Below are positions 58,391 to 61,660 of a stretch of DNA of 61,660 nucleotides, in pieces. Source of the stretch: Nitrospinota bacterium. GTDB lineage: Bacteria; Nitrospinota; Nitrospinia; Nitrospinales; VA-1. The first letter of the stretch is position 1; every line of letters begins with the position of its first letter. Under the pieces are notes generated by a model, which worked only from the letters and a program-made list of their open reading frames with translations, was not told the origin of the DNA and did no database searches. The stretch is from assembly GCA_038108555.1 (NCBI GenBank), contig JAYNIA010000001.1, forward strand, positions 1-61,660, read 5' to 3'. The translations under genes and the position numbers were made by a program.

Positions 58391-59674
58391 CTAATTCAAC
58401 TGTTTACATTTTGACTTGTACCATTCGAAGGCTTGCTCAACTTCCGGCTCATTTGCTTTGGGGGAAGCATAGTTTCCATCAGAGTCAAAGGGCTCAAAAT
58501 CCATTTTTAAGGTTTTATAAATTTCGTTTAGGTAGGCCGGAAAGTTTTGATACATGGGAATTTTCTTCTTCAAGACAGGCATTTCTTTTTCGCGGAAATC
58601 AAGCAATTCTTTTCCAAAGGGATGAATTTTTTCCAGTCCCCCATCCCCATTCTGAGATTTTGCAAAATGGGTTAGGGACTCAAAGTCCTCCCAATCTTCG
58701 AGGGCATCAACATCGGAGACAAAAGACGGATCGTCATGCAGGTTGGTTGTTATTGGAATATTGAGCAGGGTTGAAATACTTTTATTAAAATTTCTTTTAG
58801 ACATCCCAAACTGGTATTTATCCCCCGGACAAACTCTCTCCACTTGAGACCGAAACTTTAATACATGGTCTACCAGATAAGGTAAAGCCTTAAAAAGTCT
58901 CATTGGATTGTTAAGAGCCATTTTTATTCCGGCATGAATGATTTGACCATCTTTTCTTGAGGAGTGCAGGTTATCTATTATTTCAGGGTCCATCCTCTCA
59001 AAATTTATTGGATATAAGTTCGGCTCCTTTAAGTCATGCAAATCGTCTTTATTGTCATTAAGGATTCGGTAGTGGTAGTTTCTTTTAACAAATTCCCTGC
59101 CGGGGTTCTCATTAAAACCTGGGAACATTTTTTGACGGGAATTTAACCAGAGAATAATATTGTGGTTTTTGTTTCCCTGGAAATTCAGAACCTTTTCAAG
59201 GTCATACAAAAAAGGAAGATCGCCGGGTTGAAATAAAACCAACTCGTTATTTTCTATCGAAAGCTTACTTCTCCCCAAATCCATGGTATTCAGCAAGTTA
59301 AGATTTTTTTCGTCTTCCCGTACGAAATGTATTTTTTTCCCACAATTATCAACAACACTCAGGAACCGATCCAACACTCGCTGAACTTCATCTGACCCTA
59401 CGACTGCAATTTCCTTCAAGCTTGAGCATAATAAATTTCCCATGGCATAACACATCAAGGGAATACCATGAATTAGAAACAAAAATTTCAGGCGGTCGAT
59501 TTCATCATCCCTGGAACGAAGAATGAGATGGCTTATCCCATTTTTTCCCGCTTTAATTTCACTTTCTGCTTTGGCAATACTTAAATCGTCAGCCAACTTT
59601 CTCGAATCGTATTTGTTGTGGCTGAAACTGACAATGCACTTTTCGATCTGAATTTTATTTTTTACCAAACTCAT
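58391..59674 (-). CDS. Hypothetical protein with divergent MobA/IspD-like nucleotidyltransferase fold
   Basis: KFLFLIHGIPLM...EIAVVG, PGDLPFL, SDVDALED resemble GT-A NTP-transferase motifs. Confidence 0.6.
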   Translation of the reverse strand: MSLVKNKIQIEKCIVSFSHNKYDSRKLADDLSIAKAESEIKAGKNGISHLILRSRDDEIDRLKFLFLIHGIPLMCYAMGNLLCSSLKEIAVVGSDEVQRVLDRFLSVVDNCGKKIHFVREDEKNLNLLNTMDLGRSKLSIENNELVLFQPGDLPFLYDLEKVLNFQGNKNHNIILWLNSRQKMFPGFNENPGREFVKRNYHYRILNDNKDDLHDLKEPNLYPINFERMDPEIIDNLHSSRKDGQIIHAGIKMALNNPMRLFKALPYLVDHVLKFRSQVERVCPGDKYQFGMSKRNFNKSISTLLNIPITTNLHDDPSFVSDVDALEDWEDFESLTHFAKSQNGDGGLEKIHPFGKELLDFREKEMPVLKKKIPMYQNFPAYLNEIYKTLKMDFEPFDSDGNYASPKANEPEVEQAFEWYKSKCKQLN

Positions 59675-59909
59675 AAAACCTAAATTTGAACTTAATGGCC
59701 TGAAACCCGTTCTCTGAACTTCAAAGAGCCCATTTACTCACCTATTTTCGATTCTGATACCTCGGGAATCCGATAGGATTTTCATGTAAACTTCCATCCT
59801 ATAATAATGTCAAGGATAACCCTAATAAACCTTTGAGAAAATTGACTTGATTTATAATTTTTATTAGTCATACAATTAAGGGTTCTCATTAAAAATAAAG
59901 GATTTAGGA

Positions 59910-61526
59910 ATGGGCGACAAGACCCACATCGTTGAGTTGATAGACCAGATTTTGGATGAAACATCCGAAAACCCCCAATTGCAGGAAAAAGTTCTGGATT
60001 TAAGGGATGCATTGTTTCAAGCGCAACAAATGGCAGAGCAATACTCTCTTAAGATTAAAACACTCGAGGAAGCGATTGAGAAGTTAAAATCTCCCGCGCA
60101 TCGAATTGGAACGGTTCTGGGTCAGGGAGAAGAAGGGCTTGTCCGTATTGTTTCCGGAGGCACCGAATACCAAGCAGCGGCTGTCCCCGAATTAATGGAA
60201 GATGAAGGATTAAAAACAGGCGATCAGGTAGCTCTTAATGAAGGGTTTGTTGCTATTGCAAAATTACCCCTTCCCACACAGGGACCTATTGCCAAAATCT
60301 CTGGAAAACTTCATGGGGGACAATGGCTGGTGCAGGCAGCTACCGGCAATACAGAAACCATTGTGCTTTCCCATGCAGGCATAGAGCAATCTACCCTGAA
60401 AGAAGGCGAAGAAGTTTTTCTCGATGCCAACCAACGAGTGATTCTCGGCAAACTTCCCAAACGGGAATCACAAACCCTCATCGAAGACGATTTTGAAAAA
60501 GTAGAATGGTCGCAAGTTGGCGGACAGGAAAAAGTTAAAGAAGAAATCCGCAAGGTTCTTGAATACCCCTTATTACATGAAGAAATTTTAAAGGAAATGG
60601 AATACCAGGTACCCAAAGGTTTCCTTTTCTATGGCCCGCCGGGTTGCGGGAAAACCCTCGTTGGAAAAGCCATTTTGACTGAAGTGGTCAGCAAACTTTC
60701 CGAGCAGGAAAATTCGGACCTGCAAGGCCGGTTCATCCATGTGAAGGGCCCGGAAATTTTAAACATGTGGCTCGGCGAATCTGAAAGGAAAATCCGCGAA
60801 ATATTTAAAAAAGCCAGGGACTATAAGGAAAAAGGTCAGGTGCCTTTTATTTTCATTGATGAGGCAGAATCTATTTTAGGTACCCGTCAGGCCTGGCGTG
60901 GATCTAATATCAGCAACACGGTGGTTCCCATGTTCTGCGCAGAAATGGATGGCATTCAATCCCTACGAGACACTGTTGTCATCCTGGCAACCAACCGACC
61001 CGATTTGATTGATCCTGCCATTGTTCGTCCCGGTCGAATCGACCGGAAAATAAAAGTCCAACGTCCCGACAGAGAAGAATGCAAACAGATTCTCCGTGTT
61101 TACCTCAAAGACGGCCTACCGAGGGAACATGAGGATTTCGATAAAATGGCAGAACCTTTTCTCGATAATCTTTTCAAACGCAATCCCGAGCAGGAAGTTT
61201 TGGTCCTGACATTGCGAAGCGGTGGAAATAAAAGAATGTACTGGTGTGATTTCATTTCCGGTGCCTCAATTGAAGCTATTATGAAACGGGCTAAAGAGCG
61301 GGCGATCGAGAGAGCCATTGAGGGCGAAAAATTATGCATCACAGTGGATGACCTCACCACCTCCCTGGAAAAGGAATTTAAAGAAGGCAGCCTGTTACCG
61401 GCAGAGTCCAATATGGAAGATTGGCTCCAGCTTCTGGATATGGAATCGAAGAATGTCGTCCGTGTCAGAAGACCCAATGAATCGGATACGGCAGCAGAAA
61501 ATACCTTGCGTCGGTCAGTTATATGA
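59910..61526 (+). CDS. arc: Proteasome-associated AAA ATPase (ARC/Mpa family)
   Basis: N-terminal coiled coil ending LKSP, tandem OB region (GDQVALNE), GPPGCGKT, KGPEILNMWLGESE, IDEAES, ATNRPDLIDPAIVRPGRIDRKI; followed by a Dop/PafA-like gene. Confidence 0.85.
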   Translation: MGDKTHIVELIDQILDETSENPQLQEKVLDLRDALFQAQQMAEQYSLKIKTLEEAIEKLKSPAHRIGTVLGQGEEGLVRIVSGGTEYQAAAVPELMEDEGLKTGDQVALNEGFVAIAKLPLPTQGPIAKISGKLHGGQWLVQAATGNTETIVLSHAGIEQSTLKEGEEVFLDANQRVILGKLPKRESQTLIEDDFEKVEWSQVGGQEKVKEEIRKVLEYPLLHEEILKEMEYQVPKGFLFYGPPGCGKTLVGKAILTEVVSKLSEQENSDLQGRFIHVKGPEILNMWLGESERKIREIFKKARDYKEKGQVPFIFIDEAESILGTRQAWRGSNISNTVVPMFCAEMDGIQSLRDTVVILATNRPDLIDPAIVRPGRIDRKIKVQRPDREECKQILRVYLKDGLPREHEDFDKMAEPFLDNLFKRNPEQEVLVLTLRSGGNKRMYWCDFISGASIEAIMKRAKERAIERAIEGEKLCITVDDLTTSLEKEFKEGSLLPAESNMEDWLQLLDMESKNVVRVRRPNESDTAAENTLRRSVI

Positions 61527-61660
61527 ATGATATCGTCCCGCTTCTAGGCTTGGAAACGGAATACGGTATCATCCGTGAAGACCTGGAAAATTCAGACCCT
61601 GTCGATGAGTCCATGAAGCTTTTGAAAAGCTGCACACAAAAAAGTGTGTTTGGAAAATGG
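61523..61660 (+). CDS. Dop/PafA-family protein, N-terminus (cut by window edge)
   Basis: MNDIVPLLGLETEYGII matches the GxExEYG start of Pup deamidase/ligase; ATGA overlap with arc stop. Confidence 0.8.
   Translation, partial: MNDIVPLLGLETEYGIIREDLENSDPVDESMKLLKSCTQKSVFGKW

Noticed and set aside
61318..61530. Alternative-frame ORF ending VGQLYE as a frameshifted ARC tail
   Set aside because: The main frame stays ARC-like to its stop and is coupled to the next gene by an ATGA overlap; no slippery site seen
1..61660. CRISPR array, rRNA, prophage or integron; tRNA-Leu as an integration site
   Set aside because: No regularly spaced repeats, rRNA signatures, phage genes, full integrase gene or duplicated tRNA 3' end seen by eye

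Overview
AT-rich bacterial chromosomal window, mostly housekeeping and cell-envelope genes. The gene content (sigma54-driven flagellar operon, 27-aa LRR protein, ARC-type proteasome ATPase followed by a Dop/PafA-family gene in a diderm) is consistent with a Nitrospinota-like organism; this is inference, not proven. In order: the 3' tail of an IS3-family transposase; a sigma54 promoter and flgC-fliF-fliG-fliH-fliI-fliJ-motE, with no flgB or fliE; a minus-strand mshL-mshM-mshN-like secretin operon carrying three lesions, plus DUF502; tRNA-Leu(TAG)-tig-clpP-clpX-lon; an atypical phosphohexomutase/GlmU-like acetyltransferase operon; a sigma54-driven two-partner secretion pair (TpsB and a ~1870 aa FHA-like TpsA); nadE and elbB; a six-gene sugar-modification cluster with two radical SAM/SPASM enzymes; a GGDEF-PilZ cyclase; an LRR protein; smc with tandem NrdR-like boxes; arsC-family/Nudix/ATP-grasp/pyrF/DUF4149/carbamoyltransferase/phnE; SYLF; a DinG helicase; TonB; a divergent NTP-transferase-fold protein; and the start of a Pup/UBact-type proteasome operon. 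Most notable are the shared sigma54/enhancer architecture upstream of the flagellar and adhesin operons, the decaying MSHA-like operon, NrdR-like boxes at smc, the double radical SAM glycan cluster and an ARC ATPase with no C-terminal HbYX motif. No CRISPR array, rRNA or prophage was seen. All calls rest on motif recognition by eye; no database searches were run.
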